The translations under genes and the position numbers were made by a program. The notes beneath the pieces are model-generated. The model ran no database searches. It saw nothing but the letters and a program-made list of their open reading frames with translations, and was not told the DNA's origin. A DNA stretch of 64,000 nt, taken from Candidatus Saccharimonadota bacterium. GTDB lineage: Bacteria > Patescibacteriota > Saccharimonadia > Saccharimonadales > UBA10212. Shown one piece after another: positions 9,941 through 18,714 of the stretch (position 1 is the stretch's first letter; each line of letters begins with the position of its first letter). The stretch spans positions 109,883-173,882 of the forward strand of contig JACDFN010000001.1 in assembly GCA_013815775.1 (NCBI GenBank), read 5' to 3'.

Positions 9941-10842
9941 ATATCGTTATTTTATCTAAGGGTTCGGCGAATTACACTACTAAACGACTAAAAGAAGTAG
10001 CTGTTGAGCGTGGCCACCGAGTACGAATTGTTAACTACGGTCAGTGCTATATGGCTGTTGAAAAAGGCAACCCCGTTGTTTATTACGAGGGTGAGAAGCT
10101 TAGTGATATCGATGCCATAATTCCTCGCATAGCACAGAGCTATACAAAATACGGCTCAGCGGTAGTCAGACAGTTTGAAATGCAAGGTGTTTACACTACT
10201 GCAAGCTCAATTGCCATTGTTAGGTCCCGGGACAAGCTTCGTGCTTATCAGCTTATGGCTAAAGCCGGTGTGGGAGTCCCAAAGACAGTTTTTGCCCTTG
10301 AGACGGCTAATTTCGAGGACGTTTTAGATCTTGTTGGCGGCGCTCCTGCAATCATCAAAGTTGCCAGAGGGACTCATGGAAATGGAGTCGTACTGGCCGA
10401 AACACGCAAAGCAGCAAAAGCAGTTATGCAAGCATTTTATGTAGAGGGCGTGAGCTTCTTAGTGCAGGAATATGTCGAAGAATCTGCCGGAACCGATATA
10501 AGGGCATTGGTGGTGGGGGGCCGGGTTGTTGCTAGCATTAAAAGGCAAAGCTTGGACGATGACTTTCGGTCTAATACGCACCAAGGCGGAATAGGCAAAG
10601 CAGTTAAATTAACCGAGGAAGAAGAGAAAACAGCTATTAAAGCAGCAAAGGCCATGGGCCTTCCTATTTGTGGTGTCGACATGATGCGTTCCAATCGTGG
10701 GCCGCTTGTCTTAGAAATTAATTCTTCGGCTAGTATAAAAACGCCTGAGTTAGTGACAAAGCGCGACGTGGCCGAAAAAATTATTGAGTATGTAGAGCAT
10801 AACGCCACACAAAGGCCCCGCAAAGATAAAGTGGGCGCTTAA
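9937..10842 (+). CDS. rimK: ATP-grasp alpha-L-glutamate ligase RimK
   Basis: 301 aa; ATP-grasp architecture and RimK-like blocks (SRDKLRAYQLMAKAGVGVP, GTHGNGVVL, CGVDMMRS..GPLVLEINSS). Confidence 0.85.
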   Translation: MNIVILSKGSANYTTKRLKEVAVERGHRVRIVNYGQCYMAVEKGNPVVYYEGEKLSDIDAIIPRIAQSYTKYGSAVVRQFEMQGVYTTASSIAIVRSRDKLRAYQLMAKAGVGVPKTVFALETANFEDVLDLVGGAPAIIKVARGTHGNGVVLAETRKAAKAVMQAFYVEGVSFLVQEYVEESAGTDIRALVVGGRVVASIKRQSLDDDFRSNTHQGGIGKAVKLTEEEEKTAIKAAKAMGLPICGVDMMRSNRGPLVLEINSSASIKTPELVTKRDVAEKIIEYVEHNATQRPRKDKVGA

Positions 10843-10932
10843 ATAAGTTAAGCTAAGACGAGCCTGCTTAATCCCCGACAAAACACTATTGGAATGCTTT
10901 TTATTGTAGTTCTCTAGTAGAATTAAGATAGA

Positions 10933-11391
10933 GTGAAATATCTGCGGTTCGTTATTATTGGCTTAGTGTTGACTCTTCCTATTGTTACCATCTATTTATC
11001 TGGATCAAAGTATTTTTCGTGTCAAGTATTTTACAGACCTGACGTTACTATCCAGACACCTGTGCGACCAATAACGGCTGAAGCTGCTCGGAGCCCAGCC
11101 GAGCACGAAAAAGGGCTGAGTGGCCGTGAGTGCATAGGCCGCAACAAGGCAATGTTATTTTTTCACCAAGAGCCTGGTCAGTTTGCTTACTGGATGAAAG
11201 ACATGAAGTTTTCGATTGATATTCTTTGGATTGGTGCTGATAAAAAGGTAGTCAAGCTAAAAACTCATGTCTCTCCGGATACATTTCCCAACAAATTCAC
11301 CAATGATGAGCCCGCAATGTATGTGCTTGAGCTTGGTGCTGGCGAGGCCGCAAGGCTAGGCCTTACTAAGGGCACGCAGATAAATTTTTAA
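10933..11391 (+). CDS. DUF192 family protein with N-terminal membrane anchor
   Basis: DUF192-like core (MLFFH..YWMKDMKFSIDILWI..YVLELGAGEA); GTG start. Confidence 0.55.
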   Translation: MKYLRFVIIGLVLTLPIVTIYLSGSKYFSCQVFYRPDVTIQTPVRPITAEAARSPAEHEKGLSGRECIGRNKAMLFFHQEPGQFAYWMKDMKFSIDILWIGADKKVVKLKTHVSPDTFPNKFTNDEPAMYVLELGAGEAARLGLTKGTQINF

Positions 11392-11402
11392 TATATAGCT
11401 CA

Positions 11403-11420
11403 TGCTAAAATTAGCTAATG
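11403..11420 (+). promoter_or_regulatory. Extended -10 box (TGcTAAAAT) 6 nt upstream of ATG 11418; candidate leaderless promoter
   Basis: TGCTAAAAT-tagcta-ATG; no SD. Confidence 0.4.
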
Positions 11421-11894
11421 ACTGACTTTATTCTCGGAGTTCTAATACTTGCTCCACTAGCACTTACCTTTTTTTTAAAGAGCAATGCCGGGCTTGGTTT
11501 TATGGCTCTTTGCACGGGGTTTGTGCTGAGCACTTCTGTTGTTGGGGATTTAAAACAACTACTTAACCAGATGGATTTGACTGTTACGGAGTCTAGTCTT
11601 GCAATAACTATTATCGTCTTGCCCTTTCTTCTAACATTGCTTCTAGTGCGCAGCTCATCTAAAAAGGGTATTTTTTTCATTCTACAACTAACCGCCGCCA
11701 TTTGCGCCGGGGGTCTACTGGCTCTTTCAATAAGCCCGCTAATTCCAGCATCATTAGAGTTTAATTTAAAATCTTCTAGTGTCTGGGACGTGCTCCAAGG
11801 TGCCCAAGCCGCTGTAATAGGGCTTGGTGCTCTATTTAGCTTCCTGGTGATTTGGCTGGGCGGATTCCAGCATAATCGCAAAAAAAAGCACTAA
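11418..11894 (+). CDS. Hypothetical integral membrane protein (158 aa)
   Basis: Four to five hydrophobic segments; antisense ORF 11411-11881 is considered spurious. Confidence 0.5.
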   Translation: MTDFILGVLILAPLALTFFLKSNAGLGFMALCTGFVLSTSVVGDLKQLLNQMDLTVTESSLAITIIVLPFLLTLLLVRSSSKKGIFFILQLTAAICAGGLLALSISPLIPASLEFNLKSSSVWDVLQGAQAAVIGLGALFSFLVIWLGGFQHNRKKKH

Positions 11895-11955
11895 TAATTA
11901 ATTAATATTTAAACACTTAGATGCTGCGTATAGCGGATTTAGTATTAATAAGCAT

Positions 11956-12016
11956 GGGCTTGGAAGAGCAGTGCCGGTTCGACAAAGTCGAGTCCCGATT
12001 AATTCGGGAAAGCACC
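11956..12016 (+). ncRNA. Orphan copy of the three-way-junction RNA element (not followed by a tRNA)
   Basis: GGAAGAGCAG box, P1 GTGC 11971-74/GCAC 12012-15, P2 TTCGAC-AAA-GTCGAG, P3 CCCGA-TTAAT-TCGGG. Same architecture as the elements at 52210 and 26941. Possible promoter TTAGAT-17-TAGTAT at 11917-11945. Confidence 0.4.
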
Positions 12017-12056
12017 ATAAGATACCCTGGAAGAGTGTCTCATAATGCGTGGCCGT

Positions 12057-12740
12057 TTATCGGCTCTGCATAGCATCTAGCAGAACGGCCATTACCATCC
12101 AGGCTCGCTCATCAAGAACATCTATCGCCCCTTCGTCTAAGTGAAGGGCGTAATGATCCCGAATGGTTGTAATCTTTGTGTACTCTCCTACAATCTTATC
12201 GCCGGACTTTACAGAAAAATGGAATTTAAGAGGGAAGGGCATAATCTCAGAGATAAAAGGAATAAATTCCCAGGCTCTCCTGGCGATTGCTATAGCAGGG
12301 CTTTTCTCGCTGATTGTAAACACAGTAGCTTTCATTTGTTTATCGTAGATAGTCCACGAACTTACCAGCAATGACTTTTTAAACTCCTTTTTTAATACTG
12401 CCAGTGGTTTCTGGTTATCATCAAATACATCAAAAGTCGGGCTAAGGTCCATTATTGAGCGAGCTTTAGATGCCACGAGAACTTGAGTCTGGGTTTCATC
12501 TCTAAAAATAGTGAACTGCTCTCGAAGAGCCAATCTTTTTTGCTTAGCGTAGCCGCAAACTTTTTGTTCTAAATCCTCATCCTTTAAAATCACATATTCA
12601 TTAGCGAGCATGGTGATTTTTTGGTGTACTTCAAATAGCTTCGTCATGTCCTCTAGTGTAACACCGCCAAAAAAGCGCCAAGTGTTATTTTCGCTTTTGT
12701 TTTCTGGGTTTGTCTGGTCGAATAAAGCGGTGATATCCAA
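12057..12740 (-). CDS. Hypothetical protein, possibly scramblase/LURP-one-like (tubby-like) fold
   Basis: 227-aa ORF. Family resemblance rests on weak pattern recognition only. Start may be internal (M32, 12647) because 12740 overlaps the upstream gene by 56 nt. Confidence 0.35.
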   Translation of the reverse strand: MDITALFDQTNPENKSENNTWRFFGGVTLEDMTKLFEVHQKITMLANEYVILKDEDLEQKVCGYAKQKRLALREQFTIFRDETQTQVLVASKARSIMDLSPTFDVFDDNQKPLAVLKKEFKKSLLVSSWTIYDKQMKATVFTISEKSPAIAIARRAWEFIPFISEIMPFPLKFHFSVKSGDKIVGEYTKITTIRDHYALHLDEGAIDVLDERAWMVMAVLLDAMQSR

Positions 12741-13173
12741 GGTACAGGGCCACGGCTAACCCAACCGTAACCACACCAAAGGTGTATTTACTATCTTCCG
12801 AGGCAAAACTTTTCCCTATGCTATAAATCAATGTAAATAAACCACCAAGCATTATGCCGTCCGCTATAATTTTTATCTTTTTTTCAAATATCAAACTTAC
12901 AGCCAGCAAAAGTACTGCAGCCGCAAGAGTAATAATTGATACGTTCCTGCTGTAGGGCTTCATTGCTTTTGAGTGCTGCTCAATCTCTTTGTTGAATTGT
13001 TTTTGTTTTGCTTCTTCCTCCGTACTTGGTTTTTCGGCGTAGCTATAGCCATTTTGCCATTCGGGCGCCTTAGGCGCTTCATAAAATGTGCTAATGCCAA
13101 CTCCAACAAAAATAGCTATTAGAAAACCCAGAAAAAACGTGTAGATAACTTTTAGTATTTTATTATCTTCCAT
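12685..13173 (-). CDS. Hypothetical membrane protein (162 aa, 4 TM)
   Basis: Two TM pairs flanking a charged loop; same strand and contiguous with 12057-12740. Confidence 0.5.
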   Translation of the reverse strand: MEDNKILKVIYTFFLGFLIAIFVGVGISTFYEAPKAPEWQNGYSYAEKPSTEEEAKQKQFNKEIEQHSKAMKPYSRNVSIITLAAAVLLLAVSLIFEKKIKIIADGIMLGGLFTLIYSIGKSFASEDSKYTFGVVTVGLAVALYLGYHRFIRPDKPRKQKRK

Positions 13174-13314
13174 CTTAGCTATTAAGTGTATGCCTGGTGG
13201 CTTAGTGATTCAATAGGAATAAAGTCTGAAGGTGTTGCGGTTTTACTAGACCCGGATTCACTTGTGGTATAAACCCCTGTTTTGGTATTATTAGTAAGCT
13301 CCACAAAAACAAAA

Positions 13315-15129
13315 ATGAACTATAAAAAATTTGCTCCTCGGTTTTTTCTATTCCTATTTACCGGTTGCCTTGCTACTGGTGTAGTTTTTCTTGGATTCTA
13401 TGAAAACCCAGCCTTAGCTCCTAAAGAACCCACCCATGCAGTAGTCAACAATGGCCCTATAAGCCTTAGCAATGAAAACTCTGACGATAAGGATAGAGCT
13501 CAATCAGGCTCAAGCCAACTCATAAATACGCCAATTTATAATTCAACCCCCCAGCTACCTTTTTCTGACTTTTCTGCTCCCCAGCGGCCTAAAACAACTG
13601 TTATTAATAATCAAGAGCAGCCTGTAAGAATCTACACCCCACAACTAGTGCCCAATGATCCGTTGGCCTCTCAGTGGTGGGAAAGCAACAGTCGCCTTCG
13701 TGAAGCTTGGGACATTCCTCCGGGCAACAACCCAACTCTCCTGGCCATAATTGATACAGGATTTGGCCTTAACCACGAAGAATTCAATAATCGTTGGTAT
13801 TCCAATTCAGGCGAATCTGGCAGTACGGTTGCCCAGCAGCCATCCACCCTAAATTGTACCGACCGGGGGCTAGCTGTTAGTGCCAGCTGCAATTTAATTG
13901 ACGACAATGGGGACGCGGTTGTTGACAATGAGACGGGGGCTGCAAACTACCAAAATCCTTCCCGCTTAAACTGCACAGACCAGTCAAAACCCATAACCCG
14001 GGACTGCAACCGGGTGGACGATGACGGCAACGGCTATATTGACGACTATCGGGGCTGGGATTTTATTAACTTCGATAACTCAGCCCAAGCAGGAGAGTTA
14101 AATCCAGGTGGCACGGGAATTTGGCACGGCACTGCGGTTGCCGGAGTAGCGGCTGCGACGGGAAATAATTCTAAGGGCATAGCAGGAGCAGACTGGAACA
14201 CTAAAATTTTACCTATTCAAGCGCTTGATGATGATTCATACGGTGATACGTTAAGTGTTGGAAGGGCAATTCTATATGCCGCCGCCCAAGGGGCGGATGT
14301 AATAAGCCTTAGCCTTGGCAGTGATTTACCAGATGATTATGTAAGGCAAGCCGTAGAGACTGCAACAGCATCGGGCAGTGTGGTTGTGGCAGCTAGCGGT
14401 AACGGGGGTTGTGGGTGTATGGTCTATCCTGCTAACTATCCCGAAGTTGTTGCCGTAGGAGCGTTGGGTACGGATAATCAACCGGCTAGTTTTAGCTCGT
14501 GGGGTTCAAATTTAGACATTTTAGCTCCCGGGACTCAGTTTACCGCGCCCAGCTGGTCGGCTGCACAGCCCACTAATGCTTATGTTTCCGGTATCAACGG
14601 TACCTCCTTTGCTACTCCATTAATAAGCGGCGTACTTACACGCTTAGCCGGGCGTCAGCCAACTGCTACGCCATTGCAGCTAATAGCAGCTCTAACAGAA
14701 AATGTTAATCGACTAGGACTACCCGTTACCACCCCTCATGATTCCAAGCTTGGTTACGGTAAACTAGACAGCTTTAAAGCTTTGCAAAGAATGGTATCTG
14801 CTCAAAGCTCAAGCCAATCCTACGGCTTTAACCCAGTTAGCAAGGGTGATTTTTATCGTTTTTCAAGAAGTGAGGTAGTTAATTCACAAGTTGTTCAGGC
14901 CTGCGAAAACGGAGCAGTTGGGACTACGCCGCTTTATGAATTCTATAAAGCCGGTTCAACTTTTTTCAGCATCAGCAAAATTGAGCTTAGAAAAGCACAG
15001 AATGCCGGCTATGCAACAGGCACAACCATGGGTTCGGCCTGTCTTCAGCAGCCCCATGATACACCCGGTAGTGTAAGGGCAATAAATCTTTTTAAAGAAT
15101 TTCGCAATTTAGACAAAGCTGTTCAGTAA
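13315..15129 (+). CDS. Secreted subtilisin-like serine protease (peptidase S8)
   Basis: Catalytic blocks IIDTGF (Asp), WHGTAVAGVAAATGNN (His), GTSFATPLISG (Ser); N-terminal anchor from ATG 13315; duplicated Cys-flanked Asp-rich insert (LNCTD..CN.[IV]DD.G). Confidence 0.85.
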   Translation: MNYKKFAPRFFLFLFTGCLATGVVFLGFYENPALAPKEPTHAVVNNGPISLSNENSDDKDRAQSGSSQLINTPIYNSTPQLPFSDFSAPQRPKTTVINNQEQPVRIYTPQLVPNDPLASQWWESNSRLREAWDIPPGNNPTLLAIIDTGFGLNHEEFNNRWYSNSGESGSTVAQQPSTLNCTDRGLAVSASCNLIDDNGDAVVDNETGAANYQNPSRLNCTDQSKPITRDCNRVDDDGNGYIDDYRGWDFINFDNSAQAGELNPGGTGIWHGTAVAGVAAATGNNSKGIAGADWNTKILPIQALDDDSYGDTLSVGRAILYAAAQGADVISLSLGSDLPDDYVRQAVETATASGSVVVAASGNGGCGCMVYPANYPEVVAVGALGTDNQPASFSSWGSNLDILAPGTQFTAPSWSAAQPTNAYVSGINGTSFATPLISGVLTRLAGRQPTATPLQLIAALTENVNRLGLPVTTPHDSKLGYGKLDSFKALQRMVSAQSSSQSYGFNPVSKGDFYRFSRSEVVNSQVVQACENGAVGTTPLYEFYKAGSTFFSISKIELRKAQNAGYATGTTMGSACLQQPHDTPGSVRAINLFKEFRNLDKAVQ

Positions 15130-15262
15130 AGCATGTTCATATAAAAATCAAAACAAGCGATGTAAGCAGCCTTTGCTAAGCAATCAGCTTAATCCTAATC
15201 ACCCATAAACAGCAATAAATACGGGCGTATTGTCGTGCAAAATTGTTCCGATAGTTGAAACT

Positions 15263-15339
15263 TGGAGGGCCCAGTGGGATTCGAACCCACGACACGTGGC
15301 TTAAAAGGCCACTGCTCTAACCGACTGAGCTATGGGCCC
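15263..15339 (-). tRNA. tRNA-Lys (anticodon TTT), CCA encoded
   Basis: Hand-folded cloverleaf: acceptor GGGCCCA/TGGGCCC, anticodon arm GTGGC-CTTTTAA-GCCAC, T loop GGTTCGAATCC. Confidence 0.9.
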
Positions 15340-15606
15340 TCGTCAAAGCGAACGCTTCTACGCTTCGCTTTGGTAATTTTACCAAAGCTTAGCCTTAAGC
15401 TACGCTTTTCCTCTCAGTTTTCCAAGCAGTCGAGTCGGCAAAGCCGCTCCTTGGCTTGAAAAACTGGTTTAGAAAAATTAACCGGTAAGCGCAAAAATCT
15501 GGATGTCCTAGCAATGAAATTAACTTCTTAGATTATGCTTATTTAAAGGGAAAAGTCAACCGCTAGCAATTAATCTTTTGACAACTTTATGCCATGATAA
15601 TTTCAA

Positions 15607-17040
15607 ATGAGGCGAGGTTTTCGGCGGACAACGCTAATAATTACATTTTGCATTGCTGTTTTGACTGGAATTGGTTTGTCGCGGAAAGTGAGTCTAGATA
15701 CCGGACTTTGGCTAATAGTTTTATTGCCAAGCGTTATTTTACTAAAACGTAAAAACACCACTGCCTTAATTTTGGCGATTATTTTGGGTTTAGCACTTGG
15801 TCTGTGGAGAGGGTCTATCTATATGCAGAAGCTCCAGGACATAAAGTTGCTGAGCGGTCAGAAAGTAGTCATCGAAGCCACAGCTCTGGCAGACTCAGTA
15901 TATGGTTATAGATATCAGATGGAATTTAATGCAGCCAGCGTTACGCTACTGGAGCCAAACCAAAAGTCACTTGCCGGCAGCATCAAGGTCAGTGGGTTCG
16001 GTGCACCTATGGTTTACAGGGGAGACAGGGTAAAGGTAGAGGGCAAGCTTTATCCTATGCGCGGCTCTAACCAAGCCCGAATAGCCTACGCTAAGCTAAC
16101 ACGGGTTGGGGCGGATAGCAGCTGGATTAACTCGTTAACCAGAAAATTTGGCGCTGGCGTACGTAATGCCTTGCCAGAGCCTGCTTCATCCCTGGGTTTG
16201 GGAATACTTATTGGGCAGAGAAATGGCCTGCCCAAAGAAATTACGGAACAACTCACCATTGTGGGGCTGGTGCATATTGTAGCTGTTTCGGGTTATAACG
16301 TGACTATCTTATCCCGTGCAGTAGCTCGGTTAAGACTTGGGTCTAAATATCAAAGACTAATGTTGTCGCTGTTTTTAATTAGCCTATTCGTTTTAGTAAC
16401 CGGCTTTAGCGCTTCGATTGTCCGGGCGGCGATAGTAGCAGGGCTGAGTCTGATTGCTTGGTATTTTGGTCGAAGAATTAGCGGGGTTACCCTAATTGCC
16501 TTTACTGCGGCCCTGACAGGTTTGGTTAAACCCTTTTACGTTTGGAGCGATTTGGGCTGGTATTTATCCTTTTTGGCGTTCTTCGGGGTGCTGGTCGTAG
16601 CGCCCCTGCTGGCTAGCCGTTTATTTAGTAGGCCGCCGAGGGTACTGGCGATGATTTTAATAGAAACCCTTTGCGCAGAGATTATGACCTTGCCGCTTAT
16701 TATAATGACCTTCACCCAGGTTTCACTTATTGGTCTGCTGGCTAATCTTCTAGTCGTACCATTGGTGCCGATTGCTATGCTGCTTTCTGCAGTGGCCGGA
16801 CTAGCTGGGGCGGCGATACCGGAATACGCCGGGTGGTTTGCTTGGCCTGCCAATCTGCTGCTGACATACATGCTCGACTTAGTAAGACTCTTAGCCGAGG
16901 TGCCCTTCGCATCCCTTAGAACCACCATTAGTCCGGCGCCAATGATTGGTCTGTACGGAGCAGTCCTTCTTTTAGTAATAATTCTTCAGCGTCGACTGCT
17001 CAAGTCAAAACATGATGTAAAAAACTGGCTTGGGGTATGA
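15607..17040 (+). CDS. comEC: ComEC/Rec2 family DNA internalization channel (no C-terminal metallo-beta-lactamase domain)
   Basis: 477 aa polytopic; competence-domain signature GLVHIVAVSGYNVTIL; N-terminal DUF4131-like OB region. Confidence 0.8.
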   Translation: MRRGFRRTTLIITFCIAVLTGIGLSRKVSLDTGLWLIVLLPSVILLKRKNTTALILAIILGLALGLWRGSIYMQKLQDIKLLSGQKVVIEATALADSVYGYRYQMEFNAASVTLLEPNQKSLAGSIKVSGFGAPMVYRGDRVKVEGKLYPMRGSNQARIAYAKLTRVGADSSWINSLTRKFGAGVRNALPEPASSLGLGILIGQRNGLPKEITEQLTIVGLVHIVAVSGYNVTILSRAVARLRLGSKYQRLMLSLFLISLFVLVTGFSASIVRAAIVAGLSLIAWYFGRRISGVTLIAFTAALTGLVKPFYVWSDLGWYLSFLAFFGVLVVAPLLASRLFSRPPRVLAMILIETLCAEIMTLPLIIMTFTQVSLIGLLANLLVVPLVPIAMLLSAVAGLAGAAIPEYAGWFAWPANLLLTYMLDLVRLLAEVPFASLRTTISPAPMIGLYGAVLLLVIILQRRLLKSKHDVKNWLGV

Positions 17041-17044
17041 GAAA

Positions 17045-17084
17045 CCCCCGAAGCTCGCAAAGAGCCGCGGGGGAATGCATTCCC
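17045..17084. terminator. Two adjacent GC-rich hairpins between convergent genes
   Basis: CCCCCG..(GCTC-GCAAA-GAGC)..CGGGGG followed by perfect palindrome GGGAATGCATTCCC; no U tract. Confidence 0.35.
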
Positions 17085-17101
17085 GTGTCGTAACCCAGCC
17101 T

Positions 17102-17599
17102 TCAAGCAACCACTCGGTAGCAGATGTCTTTCGACATCGACCAGGCCGGCGGTCCCTTTAGAAGGGCCGGGGATGCGTACACCGTGAGGCACCACATGCC
17201 AGCGCCTTTTGCGTCTGGCGGGACCTGCACAATGACGTTGAAGGTCAGCTTCTTGAACAAGCCCTTGCCAAGCGGTCCGGCTGCCCAGATGCTCAGGTCC
17301 CGCACAGGGTTAGTGAGCGGTTTGCTGGGGTTCATCGGCGGGTTGTTGACAGGAAAGCCGACTTCAAGCTTTTCAAGCTTGGTTGGGCCGATGTTGCGGA
17401 CAACGACTGTGATGGGCACGATAGTGCCCACCTTGAGGCTGCCGATCTTGGCAGTGCTTGTGACTTTGAGGTCAAGCGGAAAGCCAGAACTTGTGGTTGA
17501 AGTGGCTGCTTTCGCAGAGCCGTTGTATGCGAACGCCGCGTACAAGATCAACCCAAGAAGGACAACAACCAGCAATTTTCCGTACAATTTGCCTGGCAC
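17102..17599 (-). CDS. Secreted hypothetical protein on a GC-rich island
   Basis: GTG start 4 nt after AAAGGAG; signal peptide LLVVVLLGLILYAAFAYNGSAKA; local GC clearly above flanks. Confidence 0.55.
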   Translation of the reverse strand: MPGKLYGKLLVVVLLGLILYAAFAYNGSAKAATSTTSSGFPLDLKVTSTAKIGSLKVGTIVPITVVVRNIGPTKLEKLEVGFPVNNPPMNPSKPLTNPVRDLSIWAAGPLGKGLFKKLTFNVIVQVPPDAKGAGMWCLTVYASPALLKGPPAWSMSKDICYRVVA

Positions 17600-17974
17600 G
17601 GCACTCCTTTGGAGTTAGGTTTTGACACGAGTTGTGAGATGCGCCCCGCATGGGGTATAACACCTCACCAGGGTATCTATAATTATATCATAAACATAAT
17701 AAAAAAGCAATATCTATTTATCTCTTTCTTGCTGTATTTTTCTAAGGAGTATAACATCTCAAAAACTAGATTTAACACCTTAAAGATGCTAAAGTAACAC
17801 TATTAATCCACAGCTTCTCACTTGGATGTGCTGCTAGGCGCGGCCGAGGAACGGAGCAAAGCGTATGGAGGTATACGTTGAGTGAGTACCGCAGGCCAGT
17901 AACAACGCAGCACGCCAAGAGCATTGGCGGCATGTTGAGCTTTGCTCAACAACATGTCAATGCGGTGAGGAGGT

Positions 17975-18703
17975 GTGGTGTCGGGACATAGTAAATGGGC
18001 AACCATCAAACGCCAAAAAGGCGCCAACGACGCAAAACGCGGTGCTTTATTCACTAAGCTCGGCAACCAGCTAGCCGTAGCTGCTCGGGGCGGAACAGAC
18101 CCATCTACTAATTCCACATTGGCTATGGCTATAGAAAAAGCCAAGGCTGCCAACATGCCCACCGCCAACATTGACCGTTCTATACAGCGGGCTGCCGACA
18201 AAAACGCCGCTCAACTAGAGGAAGTAATGTACGAGGGCTATGGACCCGGTGGTGTGGCTATTATTGTGGAATGTGCAACCGATAATAAAAACCGAACCTA
18301 TCCAGAAGTGCGTTTGGCATTTACTAAAAACGGCGGCAACATGGCCGAGCCTGGCAGTGTGGCTTTTTTGTTCAACAGAAAAGGCGTCATACTCCTGAAA
18401 GGTGGGGGAGAGGATTTACTACTAGAAGTATTGGACGCCGGAGCTGAAGATGCACTTGAAGAAGACGGCGAAATGGTAATTTATACAGCTCCTAACCAAC
18501 TAGCGAAAGTAAGGGCCGCCCTGCAAGAAGCCGGCACTCAAGTTACCGATGCCGAGTTAACGTTCGTTCCTGGTAGTACTCTAGAAATTGCCGACCGCGA
18601 AACGGCTAGGAAAATAGTGAACCTCATGAATGCTCTTGAGGATTTGGACGACGTAACCGGCACTCACACCAATTTCGAAATCTCAGCCGGCGTAGAAATT
18701 TAA
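17975..18703 (+). CDS. yebC: YebC/PmpR family DNA-binding regulator
   Basis: SGHSKWATIKRQKG..KRGALFTKL signature; RBS GAGGAGG; start GTG 17975 or 17978. Confidence 0.9.
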   Translation: MVSGHSKWATIKRQKGANDAKRGALFTKLGNQLAVAARGGTDPSTNSTLAMAIEKAKAANMPTANIDRSIQRAADKNAAQLEEVMYEGYGPGGVAIIVECATDNKNRTYPEVRLAFTKNGGNMAEPGSVAFLFNRKGVILLKGGGEDLLLEVLDAGAEDALEEDGEMVIYTAPNQLAKVRAALQEAGTQVTDAELTFVPGSTLEIADRETARKIVNLMNALEDLDDVTGTHTNFEISAGVEI

Positions 18704-18714
18704 TTATTTTAATT

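Noticed and set aside
15262-15459. Tracked ORFs overlapping tRNA genes (15262-15459; 53321-53527; N-terminal extensions of 24125-24655 and 54225-54749).
   Set aside because: They read through hand-folded tRNA genes. Downstream in-frame ATGs give proteins with sensible N-termini.
17124-17618. Plus-strand 164-aa ORF covering the same GC-rich island as 17102-17599.
   Set aside because: High GC keeps both strands open. The minus-strand ORF has AAAGGAG 4 nt before its GTG and a clear signal peptide; the plus-strand one has neither.
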